Below, in pieces: positions 1-7,879 of a stretch of DNA of 64,000 nucleotides. Position 1 is the stretch's first letter, and the number at the start of each line of letters is the position of its first letter. Under the pieces are notes generated by a model. It worked only from the letters and a program-made list of their open reading frames with translations, had not been told where the DNA came from and did no database searches. Origin of the DNA: Alphaproteobacteria bacterium (GTDB taxonomy: Bacteria; Pseudomonadota; Alphaproteobacteria; UBA828); contig JAJEEP010000165.1 in assembly GCA_022820945.1 (NCBI GenBank), positions 12,442-76,441 of the forward strand, given 5' to 3'. A program made the translations under genes and the position numbers.

Positions 1-330
1 CCGGTGCAAAGACCGCACCCGCCGATCCTGCTCGGCGGCGAGTCCGTTCACACCATGCGCCGGATCATGGCGTTCTGCTCCGGCTGGTTTCCGCGCGGCC
101 CGCTGCTGCCTGACCCTGCAGACGGCATGGGCAGGCTCCGCGCCGCTGCCGAGGAAGCCGGGCGCGACCCCGCGACGGTCTCTGCGACTGTCTTCGGCGC
201 CAAGCCCGAAGAAGGCTATCTTGATGCCTGCCGGGAGGCCGGGATGGACCGTGCGCTGTTGATCCTGCCGCCGGAAGGGCGCGACGGGGTGATGCCGGTC
301 GTCGACCGCTACGCGGCCCTCATCGGCTGA
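1..330 (+). CDS. Luciferase-like (LLM class, flavin/F420-dependent) oxidoreductase, C-terminal fragment; 5' end outside the window
   Basis: The reading frame is open at the window edge. The tail (PPILLGGES...FCSGWFPRG...) resembles the C-termini of LLM/F420-dependent oxidoreductases. Stop at 328-330. Confidence 0.55.
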   Translation, partial: PVQRPHPPILLGGESVHTMRRIMAFCSGWFPRGPLLPDPADGMGRLRAAAEEAGRDPATVSATVFGAKPEEGYLDACREAGMDRALLILPPEGRDGVMPVVDRYAALIG

Positions 331-1801
331 GCGGACGCCGGCCGAGGTGGGCCGGAGTCAGCGAGCGGAAGGCCTCTCTCGCAGCCTCGGCGCCCAGAGC
401 GCCCCAGAGCGCGCCGCCGAGCACGGCCCCGAGCGCACCCCACGGCTTCTGTCCCGCGAGCGGCTGCGGGGCGCCGCGCAAGCCCTTGACGCGGACCTTG
501 AACGATTCGGCCGGCGCGGGCATGGGGAATTGCGTGGTCTTCAGGCTGTAATCGGCCCGGTCGAGGTCGAGGTCGACCTCGTGCAGGACGGTCGCCATGG
601 TGGCGGCGATCTGCACCTCGGCGAAGCCGTTGCCGAGACAGCGATGGGGGCCGAGGCCGAACGGCGCGTAAACGTAGGGCTGCTTGTGCTCCGCCCGCTC
701 CGGCGTGTAGCGGTCGATGTCGAAGCGCTTGGGCTCGGGGAAGAACTCCGGCAGGTAGTGCGGCACGGCGGTGGCGATGATTAAGCGCTCGCCGGCGGGA
801 ATGCGATGGCCCGCGAACTCGAACGAGTTGGCGGCGGTGCGGATGAGCATCGGGGTCACCGGATACATCCGCATGGTTTCCATGGCCGCACGATGCGTCG
901 CGTCCATCTCGCGCAACGCCTGCTCCGCCGGTATGTCGCCGGCAAGCAGGGCATCGGCCTCCTCCCGCACCTTCGCCAGCACGTCCGGGTGACGGAGCAG
1001 CGCGTACAGCATGAAGGCGGAGGTGCCCGCCACCGTGTCCAGCGCCGCGACGAAGGGGCCCATCGCCGCGATCTTCAGGTCCGCCTCGGGAAAGAACTTC
1101 GGGTCAGCGTCGTGCAGGTCCAGCAGGTCGTCGATCAGGTCGGGCTCTGCGCCGTGGCGTTCGCGCATCGTGCCGGAGTGGCACTCGATCACCTCGTGGT
1201 AGAGCTTGTCCATCTGGGCGGAGGCGCGTCGGAAGCGCGGCGACCAGCGCACGTAGGGGCCGGGGACCAGTGTGGCCGAGAGCAGCCCGTGAACGTAGCG
1301 GACCAGATCGTCATTGTAGGGGCGCGGCGAAACGCCGGCCACCAGGGTGCCCACCTGGTCGGTGACGATCCGCTGCAAGGCCGGCACCGCGGGCATGGGT
1401 CGCGAGTGCGGCCACGTTGCGATCTCCCGGCGGGCGATGTCGACGAGGCCGTCGATGTGCTCCACGGCGTACTCGCGGGAATAGCCCCGCCGTAGCGTGC
1501 GGCGAAACGCCGCGTGCTCGGGCCCGTCGGCACTCAGCATGGACCGCGCGGCGCCGAACCAGGCATTGAAGCCGCTCCAGAACTCGAACGAGCGCACGTG
1601 CTTCGTGCCCTCCCGCGCGAGGAAACGGTTGGCCTCCATCCCGGCCAGCACGGTGAAGCGGCGGTTGAGCAGCCGCATGCCGTAGACCGGCCCGTGCTCC
1701 AGGTAGCTGTCGGTGAGGAAGGCGCGCATGTCCCGCGCCATGTCGAAGGCGCTGCCGACGACCGGCAGACCGCGCGCAAGCGGTATCGTCGAGGTGGCCA
1801 T
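320..1801 (-). CDS. Cytochrome P450 with an extra Gly/Ala/Leu/Trp-rich C-terminal tail
   Basis: Haem-thiolate loop FGLGPHRCLGNGFA and an EXXR-type region (AAMETMRMYP). I chose the ATG at 1801 (MATSTIPLARGLP...), which has a purine-rich stretch upstream. The track ORF extends to 1888, but that part is Arg/Gly junk. Confidence 0.9.
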   Translation of the reverse strand: MATSTIPLARGLPVVGSAFDMARDMRAFLTDSYLEHGPVYGMRLLNRRFTVLAGMEANRFLAREGTKHVRSFEFWSGFNAWFGAARSMLSADGPEHAAFRRTLRRGYSREYAVEHIDGLVDIARREIATWPHSRPMPAVPALQRIVTDQVGTLVAGVSPRPYNDDLVRYVHGLLSATLVPGPYVRWSPRFRRASAQMDKLYHEVIECHSGTMRERHGAEPDLIDDLLDLHDADPKFFPEADLKIAAMGPFVAALDTVAGTSAFMLYALLRHPDVLAKVREEADALLAGDIPAEQALREMDATHRAAMETMRMYPVTPMLIRTAANSFEFAGHRIPAGERLIIATAVPHYLPEFFPEPKRFDIDRYTPERAEHKQPYVYAPFGLGPHRCLGNGFAEVQIAATMATVLHEVDLDLDRADYSLKTTQFPMPAPAESFKVRVKGLRGAPQPLAGQKPWGALGAVLGGALWGALGAEAAREAFRSLTPAHLGRRPLSR

Positions 1802-1996
1802 CTCCCAACCCTCTGCGGTCGGTCGTGCCCCTGGCCCTCGTCCTGCGGGGTGGGCGGGCCGCCGGGTGCCGCCGCCTGCTCCTATCATGGGGTGGGCGGC
1901 GTCCGAATTCCACCCTTTCCGCTATGCCGGCCCGGACTGGTAGAAGGGCGCTCGCGCGTGCTATAGGCGCGCGCCGTCGTCAGGGAGAGGGGCGAG

Positions 1997-2335
1997 ATGA
2001 ACGTGTCGATCGAGCGGTATGACAACGTGTTGGTCGCCGGCGTGAGCGGGCGGATCGATCCGAAAAGCGCCGGGTCGCTCCAGACTACCATTACCGATGA
2101 ACTCCGGAATGGCGACCAAGCCGTCATCCTGGATTTCGAGCAGCTCGCCTACATCGGCAACGTCGGCGTTCGTGCGCTGCGGATTACCGCCAGAATCCTT
2201 CGAGACCGTGGCGTCAGCCTGGCGGTATGCGCGCCCCAAGGTGTCGTTGCCGCAGTCTTCTCGGGCAGTGGCGTGGACAGGCTCATTTCGGTTTACCCGA
2301 CTCAGGGCGCCGCGCTTGAGGTCCTTAGCGGCTGA
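1997..2335 (+). CDS. STAS-domain protein (anti-sigma-factor-antagonist fold), no phosphorylatable Ser at the canonical position
   Basis: 112 aa with the SpoIIAA/STAS pattern (RIDPKSAGSLQTTI...AVILDFEQLAYIGNVGVRAL...). GGGAGAGGGG Shine-Dalgarno upstream of the ATG at 1997. Confidence 0.8.
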   Translation: MNVSIERYDNVLVAGVSGRIDPKSAGSLQTTITDELRNGDQAVILDFEQLAYIGNVGVRALRITARILRDRGVSLAVCAPQGVVAAVFSGSGVDRLISVYPTQGAALEVLSG

Positions 2336-2542
2336 CACGGCGCCCGGCACGACGATCCCCGCGTTCCAGCAATTCGGCTATGCCGGTCGCGCATTGTTGA
2401 TTGTCAGTTGATCGTCCGCGGGCTTGGCACGCGCTATGATCGTTCGTATCGTTCCGCCCCGTCCGGTTGCGGGGACTGGGCAAGGACATGAGGTTTCCCA
2501 CGGGGGCCCAGAGTGGCGCCCGCTCTTTAGGGGGTTTGGAGC

Positions 2543-2755
2543 GTGGACGCAGCACGGATCGTCGTCGAAGTCCTGCAGTACTACGGCTACATCGGGCTCG
2601 CCGTCGCGGCCGCCTTTCTCCTGTTCGGCATCGAGCGAGTGGACCCGCGCGCGCACCGCACCTATACCTTCCGGCCGCTCCTAATCCCCGGCTGCATCGT
2701 GCTCTGGCCGCTGGTGATCGCCCGCTGGGTCGCGGCCGAGCGGCAGCGCGGCTGA
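2543..2755 (+). CDS. Small hydrophobic protein (70 aa, about 2 TM), first gene of the Rieske/FMN cluster
   Basis: GTG start preceded by GGAG. Two hydrophobic stretches (YIGLAVAAAFLLFGI, LLIPGCIVLWPLVIA). Only 10 nt separate it from the next ORF. Confidence 0.45.
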   Translation: MDAARIVVEVLQYYGYIGLAVAAAFLLFGIERVDPRAHRTYTFRPLLIPGCIVLWPLVIARWVAAERQRG

Positions 2756-2765
2756 CGTCTTCGCC

Positions 2766-2945
2766 ATGCTGCGTCGGCACCGCACCACCCACGCCTACAT
2801 GTGGAAGGTGCTCGCCATCTTCCTGCCCGCGATGCTGATCGCAGCCCTCGCCATTCGCCAGCACGGGCCGACGGAGAAGACGGCCGTTCAGGTCGAGAAG
2901 CCCGCTCCGGAGGCCGAGGCGCCTGCTGCCACGGCGGAAGAGTAG
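2766..2945 (+). CDS. Small membrane protein (59 aa), below the ORF-track length cut-off
   Basis: I translated it by hand: MLRRHRTTHAYMWKVLAIFLPAMLIAALAIRQHGPTEKTAVQVEKPAPEAEAPAATAEE, with stop TAG at 2943-2945. It has one TM helix and sits between two closely spaced genes (gaps of 10 and 14 nt). Confidence 0.35.
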   Translation: MLRRHRTTHAYMWKVLAIFLPAMLIAALAIRQHGPTEKTAVQVEKPAPEAEAPAATAEE

Positions 2946-2959
2946 GGGGCGGCCGAGCG

Positions 2960-4042
2960 ATGAGCGTGCGTTACGCGCCGGTCGGCTGGAACCGCAACAA
3001 GATCATCTACGACGTCGCGGTGCTCGCCGCCGCCGTCGCATTCATTCTGCTTTACATCAAGATCGCGCCGGGCTTCCAGGACGTCACAAAGCCGACCAGC
3101 GGGGCGATCCTGCGGGCGCAGGCCTTCGGCACCTGCGCCTTCCTGATGCTCACCTTTGTCCTCTGCATCGGCCCGCTGGCGCGGCTGGATACCCGCTTCC
3201 TGCCGCTGCTCTACAACCGCCGGCACTTCGGCGTGATCACGTGCGCGGTGGCGTTCACACACGCGGCCAGCATCGTCAGCATCTATTACTCGTTCAGCCC
3301 GCTGAACAAGTACGTCGCCGTGCTTGCGAGCAACACCAGTTACGACCGCTTCCTCGGCTTCCCGTTCGAGACCTTCGGCATCTTCGCACTCTTCCTGCTG
3401 CTGGTGCTCGCGGCGACGAGCCACGACTTCTGGCTCAGGTTCCTGACTCCGTCGGTCTGGAAGGCGATTCACATATCGATCTACGTGGCCTATGCGGCGA
3501 TCGTCTGCCATATCGCGCTCGGCTCACTGCAGGCGAAGCAGAGCCCGCTGCTGGCCGTCATCGTGGGTTTGAGCGTCGTCCTGGTCACCGGCCTGCACCT
3601 CGTCGCCGGGCGGATCGAGCGGCAGAAGGATCGGAATACCGCCGAGAGCGCGGCCGGGAGTACCGACGAGGAGCCCTGGGTCGTGGCGGGCAACGTGGAC
3701 TCCGTGCCTGACGGCCGCGGCATCGTCGTGCCGCTGGACGGCGGCGAGCGGGTCGCGGTGTTTCGCTACGGCGACAAGCTGTCGGCGCTCGCCAACGTCT
3801 GCGCCCATCAGAACGGGCCGCTCGGCGAAGGGCAGATCATGCACGGTTGCGTGACCTGCCCGTGGCACGGCTTCCAGTACCGGCCCGAGGACGGCTGCGC
3901 GCCGCCGCCCTTCACCGAGAAGGTCGCGACCTACCGGCTCAAGCTCGAGGGCCGGCGGATCCTGCTCGACCCACGGGCCAACGAGCCCGGCACCTATGTC
4001 GAGCCCGTGCGCATCGCTCCCCCGAGCGTGACGGAGGCGTAA
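2960..4042 (+). CDS. Ferric-reductase/MsrQ-like six-TM (dihaem-b type) domain fused to a C-terminal Rieske [2Fe-2S] domain
   Basis: Internal ATG at 2960 of track ORF 2801..4042. Six hydrophobic helices carry conserved His residues (RRHFGVITCAVAFTHAA, ATSHDFW, IHISIYVAYAAIVCHIAL). Rieske motif CAHQNGPL...CPWHGFQY. Confidence 0.8.
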   Translation: MSVRYAPVGWNRNKIIYDVAVLAAAVAFILLYIKIAPGFQDVTKPTSGAILRAQAFGTCAFLMLTFVLCIGPLARLDTRFLPLLYNRRHFGVITCAVAFTHAASIVSIYYSFSPLNKYVAVLASNTSYDRFLGFPFETFGIFALFLLLVLAATSHDFWLRFLTPSVWKAIHISIYVAYAAIVCHIALGSLQAKQSPLLAVIVGLSVVLVTGLHLVAGRIERQKDRNTAESAAGSTDEEPWVVAGNVDSVPDGRGIVVPLDGGERVAVFRYGDKLSALANVCAHQNGPLGEGQIMHGCVTCPWHGFQYRPEDGCAPPPFTEKVATYRLKLEGRRILLDPRANEPGTYVEPVRIAPPSVTEA

Positions 4043-4043
4043 A

Positions 4044-4832
4044 ATGGCAGGCCGCGTGCCCGACTTCGGCTTTTTCGTCGGCTACCTGAACAGCGTGCCG
4101 CGCCCGCTCGCCATCTTCCTGGTCGCGGTCGCCGCCCTGCTCGTGGGCAGCATGGCGGGCCTCGGGTACGCGCTCGGCACCAACGTGAACGACCCCGGCG
4201 ACGGCACGTTCGCCCGCAAGCTCGGCAAGCAGGAGATGACCGGGGTCCTGCTGGAGAAGCCCTATCCGATTCTGCGCGTCCGCCCGGACGCGAAAAATCC
4301 CGAGGCGCGCACGGTCATGCTGACGGTGCCGGGCAAGCGCAGCGTCAAGCGCCGCGGCCGCAAGCTCTTCGACCAGCTCGTCGACGTGAAGGGCTTCATG
4401 TTCCAGCGCGGCGACATCGACATGCTGCAAATCCAGGGCAAGAACTCCCTGCAAGCCGTCGAGACCGGTGAAGGTGAGCCGCCGCCCAGCTTCACCCCGG
4501 CAGCCCCGGAACCGCTCGGCCGCTGGCGGCTGATCGGCGAGATCTGCGACAGCAAGTGCCATCTGGGCGCCATGCGGCCTGGCGACGGGCTCGCGCACAA
4601 GGCTTGCGCCAATCTCTGCATCTCTTCCGGCGCGCCGCCGATCTTCGTCACGGCGGAGGAAGGCGCGGTAGAAGGCGAGACCTTCTTGCTGATGGCCGAT
4701 CAGGACGGCGGTCCGCTCCCCGACCACTTCGGCGACTACGTGGCGATCCTCATCCAGCTCGAAGGCGAGGTCGAACGCCTCGACGACCTCCTGGTCTTCA
4801 AGGTCGATATCGACGCGGCCAAGGTGTTCTGA
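4044..4832 (+). CDS. Membrane-anchored hypothetical protein with a C-x3-C-x15-C-x3-C motif
   Basis: The start lies 1 nt after the upstream stop. N-terminal TM segment (PLAIFLVAVAALLVGSMAGLGYAL). Cys cluster EICDSKCHLGAMRPGDGLAHKACANLC. I recognise no family. Confidence 0.65.
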   Translation: MAGRVPDFGFFVGYLNSVPRPLAIFLVAVAALLVGSMAGLGYALGTNVNDPGDGTFARKLGKQEMTGVLLEKPYPILRVRPDAKNPEARTVMLTVPGKRSVKRRGRKLFDQLVDVKGFMFQRGDIDMLQIQGKNSLQAVETGEGEPPPSFTPAAPEPLGRWRLIGEICDSKCHLGAMRPGDGLAHKACANLCISSGAPPIFVTAEEGAVEGETFLLMADQDGGPLPDHFGDYVAILIQLEGEVERLDDLLVFKVDIDAAKVF

Positions 4833-4835
4833 GCG

Positions 4836-5075
4836 ATGAAGCGAGTCGCCTGGATTATCGTCGGCGCGATCGTGACCGCAGGCCTCGGCTATGCCTCCTA
4901 CTGGGTCTATCTGGAGGTGCAGCAGCAGGTTCGCGGCACGCTCATTTCAGGCTTCGGCATCTTCGTCGGCGTCATGGGTGTCTTCGCCATGCTCGGCGTG
5001 GCCCACATCGTCTTCAGGCAAGCCGAACGCCTGCTGCGCAAACGCGGAGTTTCCCTAGCCGACGCAGGCGATTAA
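4836..5075 (+). CDS. Small two-TM membrane protein (79 aa)
   Basis: The start lies 3 nt after the upstream stop. Two clear hydrophobic helices (VAWIIVGAIVTAGLGYASYWV; ISGFGIFVGVMGVFAMLGVAHIV). Confidence 0.5.
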   Translation: MKRVAWIIVGAIVTAGLGYASYWVYLEVQQQVRGTLISGFGIFVGVMGVFAMLGVAHIVFRQAERLLRKRGVSLADAGD

Positions 5076-5140
5076 GGCGGCGCTTGAGCATCGACAAGAC
5101 GCCGTGCGGGTCGCGCGCGGCGGCGGAAGGCAGGGTTCCC

Positions 5141-6751
5141 ATGAACAAGATCGCGATCAAGACGCTCGACGAATTGGAAGACCGCCAGCCGGCCTACGCG
5201 CTGGTCGGCGAGGTCGATCTTTGCGTCGTTCGCTACGACGACAACGTCTCGGTCTTCTACGGCCGCTGCCTGCACCGGGGCGCGTTGATGGCCGACGGCT
5301 ACGTCGACGGCGAGAACCTGATCTGCGGCGTGCACTACTGGGACTACCGCCTGGACACCGGCGTCAGCGAATACAACAACGCGGAGATCCTGCCCAAGTT
5401 CGCGTCGTGGATCGAGGACGGCCAGGTCCTCGTCGATGCGGACGAGATCGGCGCCTGGGAAGAAGAGCACCCGCAGCCCTTCAAGCGGGACGAGTATCTC
5501 GGCCTCTATGCCGACACGCACCCCGCGCCAGAGGAGCCCCACGTCGGGCTGATCCAGGGCTACGCCAGGGACGGGCTCAGCAAGACCGGCCATCACGGCG
5601 TGGTCGTGGCCATGGGCGTGCCGCGTCAGGATCTACCGAGCTGGGACGACATTCAGTTCATCACCGCACAGCTCCACCGCATGCCGCACCTCGACGACGA
5701 GCCGGTCGGCACCGAGGTGGCGATCGGGCCCAATGCGCAGAAGCCGCTCACCCTCGAGATACCGCTCCTGGTCTCGGACATGAGCTTCGGGGCGCTCTCC
5801 GAGCCCGCCAAGGTCTCGCTTGCACGCGGCGCCGAGCTTTCCGGCACCGGCATCTGCTCGGGCGAGGGCGGCATGCTGCCGGAGGAGCAACAGGCCTGCA
5901 GCCGCTACTTCTACGAGTATGCCTCGGGCCGCTTCGGCTTCTCCTGGGACAAGCTGGAGACCGTGCAGGCCTTCCATTTCAAGGGCGGCCAGGGCGCCAA
6001 GACCGGCACCGGCGGGCATCTGCCGGGTAACAAGGTGAGAGGCAAGATCGCCGAGGTGCGGGGGCTGCCGGAAGGCTCGCCCGCAGTCTCGCCGCCGCGC
6101 TTCCCGGACTGGACCGACTGGCGCCAGGTGCGGGACTTCGCAGACGAGGTGCGGAGCCACACCGGCGGCATCCCGATCGGCTACAAGCTCTCGGCCCAGC
6201 ACATCGAGAAGGACATCGACGCCGCGCTCGAAGTGGGCGTCGACTACATCATCCTGGATGGGCGGGGCGGCGGCACGGGCGCGGCGCCGCTCATCTTCCG
6301 CGACAACATCTCGGTGCCGACCATCCCGGCCTTGGCGCGGGCGCGCCGCCATCTCGATGCGTCGGAGCGCGAGGACGTGACGCTGGTGATAACAGGCGGC
6401 CTGCGCAAGCCCGCCGATTTTGCCAAGGCGCTGGCACTCGGCGCCGATGCGGTCGCGGTCTCCAACGCCGCGATTCAGGCGATCGGCTGCCTCGGCATGC
6501 GCGCCTGCCACACCAACAACTGCCCGGTCGGCATCGCCACCCAGAAGCCGCATCTGACCGCGCGGATCGAGGTCGAGAAGTCGGCGCGGCGGCTGGCCAA
6601 CTTCTTCGAGGCGAGCGTCGAGCTGATGAAGATCATGGCGCGCGCTTGCGGCCATTCGCACCTGAATCAGCTTTCGCTCGACGACCTCGCGACCTGGAAA
6701 GAGGACATGTCCCGCCTCTCCGGCGTTGCCTACGGCGGCGTCGGGGGCTAA
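5141..6751 (+). CDS. Rieske [2Fe-2S] domain fused to a glutamate-synthase-type FMN/Fe-S domain (GltS-related protein)
   Basis: Internal ATG at 5141 of track ORF 4556..6751. Rieske motif CLHRG...CGVHYW. GltS FMN-domain signatures SDMSFGALS, GEGG, KGGQGAKTGTGGHLPG and DGRGGGTGAAP. Fe-S motif CLGMRACHTNNC (C-x5-C-x4-C). Confidence 0.85.
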   Translation: MNKIAIKTLDELEDRQPAYALVGEVDLCVVRYDDNVSVFYGRCLHRGALMADGYVDGENLICGVHYWDYRLDTGVSEYNNAEILPKFASWIEDGQVLVDADEIGAWEEEHPQPFKRDEYLGLYADTHPAPEEPHVGLIQGYARDGLSKTGHHGVVVAMGVPRQDLPSWDDIQFITAQLHRMPHLDDEPVGTEVAIGPNAQKPLTLEIPLLVSDMSFGALSEPAKVSLARGAELSGTGICSGEGGMLPEEQQACSRYFYEYASGRFGFSWDKLETVQAFHFKGGQGAKTGTGGHLPGNKVRGKIAEVRGLPEGSPAVSPPRFPDWTDWRQVRDFADEVRSHTGGIPIGYKLSAQHIEKDIDAALEVGVDYIILDGRGGGTGAAPLIFRDNISVPTIPALARARRHLDASEREDVTLVITGGLRKPADFAKALALGADAVAVSNAAIQAIGCLGMRACHTNNCPVGIATQKPHLTARIEVEKSARRLANFFEASVELMKIMARACGHSHLNQLSLDDLATWKEDMSRLSGVAYGGVGG

Positions 6752-6757
6752 CGCGGG

Positions 6758-7816
6758 CTAGAGGTTCTTCGCAAACTCTTTGTTTGCGGCCGGAATCTCG
6801 GGGATCGTGCCCAAATAGGCGTGTCGAGACATGTCGGGCGAGTACTTGCTCGCCGGGGGCTGGCGGCCCAGCGCTTCCGCCATGCTGCGGACGTGATGGG
6901 GCGCCGCGCCGCAACAAACCCCCAGATAATTGACGCCGATCGTCCGCGCGTCCCTGGTGAACTCGGCGATGTCGTAGCGGTTGCAGGCGAGGTTATCGAG
7001 CCCGGTGGGGAAGGCCCGCCCCTCCGGCAGGCAGGCGCAGTCCGGATCGCTCAATGAAAGGAAGATCGGCTCGTTCTCGGTGGTGCGGTAAGCCACGGGC
7101 AGCGCCGAGACGTGGCAGCTCACCGCCGCACGGATCGCCTCAAGCAGCGGCAGCATGGTCGCGGGGCCGCGCAGGCAGTTCAGCCCGACCACGTCCGCGC
7201 CCGCGTCTTCCAGACGTTTGCAAGCCTCGGCCGGGGTCAGCCCCTCGCGCGTATGGCCGTCGCGGAAGATGGCCAGATTGACGACCGCCGGTAGCCCGGT
7301 CTCCTGGATCGCCTCGAGAGCGAGCAGGGCCTCGCCGAGATAGGCGATCGTCTCGGCGACGAAGAAGTCCACGCCCTCATCGATGGCCCAGGCCACCTGC
7401 TCGTCGAACATGGCGCGGACGGTGCGGGCAGACTCGGCGTCCCCATCGACGAAGATGTTGGAGTTGCACACGTTGCCGGCGACCAGCGCGTCGCCTTCCT
7501 GTGCCACCGTCCGGGCGAGGCGGACGGCGACGCGGTTCATACTCTCGATCTCGCCTTCCCTGCCGATCAGCCTGAGCTTCTCGCGATGGGCGTAGTAGGT
7601 GAATGCCAGCATGACGTCCGAGCCCGCGCGCAGGAAGTCGCGGTGCAGCCGGATCACCGCGTCGGGATGTTCCAGCACCACTTCGGGCACGTAGGGGCCG
7701 GCGGTGAGATAACCGGCTCGCTCCAGTTCGAACAGATAGCCCTCGGCACAGATGACCGGCCCTGCCGCCAGCCGTTCGAGCAGACCCGATCCGCTCGGCG
7801 GTGAAGTGCTGGTCAT
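6758..7816 (-). CDS. Homocysteine S-methyltransferase family protein (betaine-homocysteine methyltransferase-like), paralogue 1
   Basis: 352 aa with a BHMT-like N-terminus (LLERLAAGPVICAEGYLFELERAGY...) and Zn-ligand Cys motifs GLNC and GVCCG. AGGAGA Shine-Dalgarno upstream. Confidence 0.85.
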   Translation of the reverse strand: MTSTSPPSGSGLLERLAAGPVICAEGYLFELERAGYLTAGPYVPEVVLEHPDAVIRLHRDFLRAGSDVMLAFTYYAHREKLRLIGREGEIESMNRVAVRLARTVAQEGDALVAGNVCNSNIFVDGDAESARTVRAMFDEQVAWAIDEGVDFFVAETIAYLGEALLALEAIQETGLPAVVNLAIFRDGHTREGLTPAEACKRLEDAGADVVGLNCLRGPATMLPLLEAIRAAVSCHVSALPVAYRTTENEPIFLSLSDPDCACLPEGRAFPTGLDNLACNRYDIAEFTRDARTIGVNYLGVCCGAAPHHVRSMAEALGRQPPASKYSPDMSRHAYLGTIPEIPAANKEFAKNL

Positions 7817-7879
7817 GCAAAACGTCTCCTCGTTCGAGATGGCAGCACGGCAGGGTACCGCGCACGCCGGCGATGGGTT

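Noticed and set aside
4545-4562. CDSKCH in the 262-aa protein as a bona fide c-type haem attachment site.
   Set aside because: The canonical motif is CxxCH. CX3CH variants are rare and need dedicated maturation. No cytochrome c maturation genes lie nearby, and a second matching C-x3-C pair suggests a four-Cys metal site instead. I kept it only as an alternative in the finding.
4556-5140. N-terminal 195 residues of the 731-aa track ORF. The same issue affects the extended N-termini of ORFs 2801..4042, 19801..21495, 21408..22802, 29033..31084 (683 aa), 49234..52008 (924 aa), 52439..54367 and 11054..12955.
   Set aside because: The extensions are Arg/Pro/Gly-rich, overlap upstream real genes in another frame, and precede internal ATG/GTG codons that give canonical N-termini. 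These internal starts often carry Shine-Dalgarno sequences or ATGA/GTGA coupling to the upstream stop.
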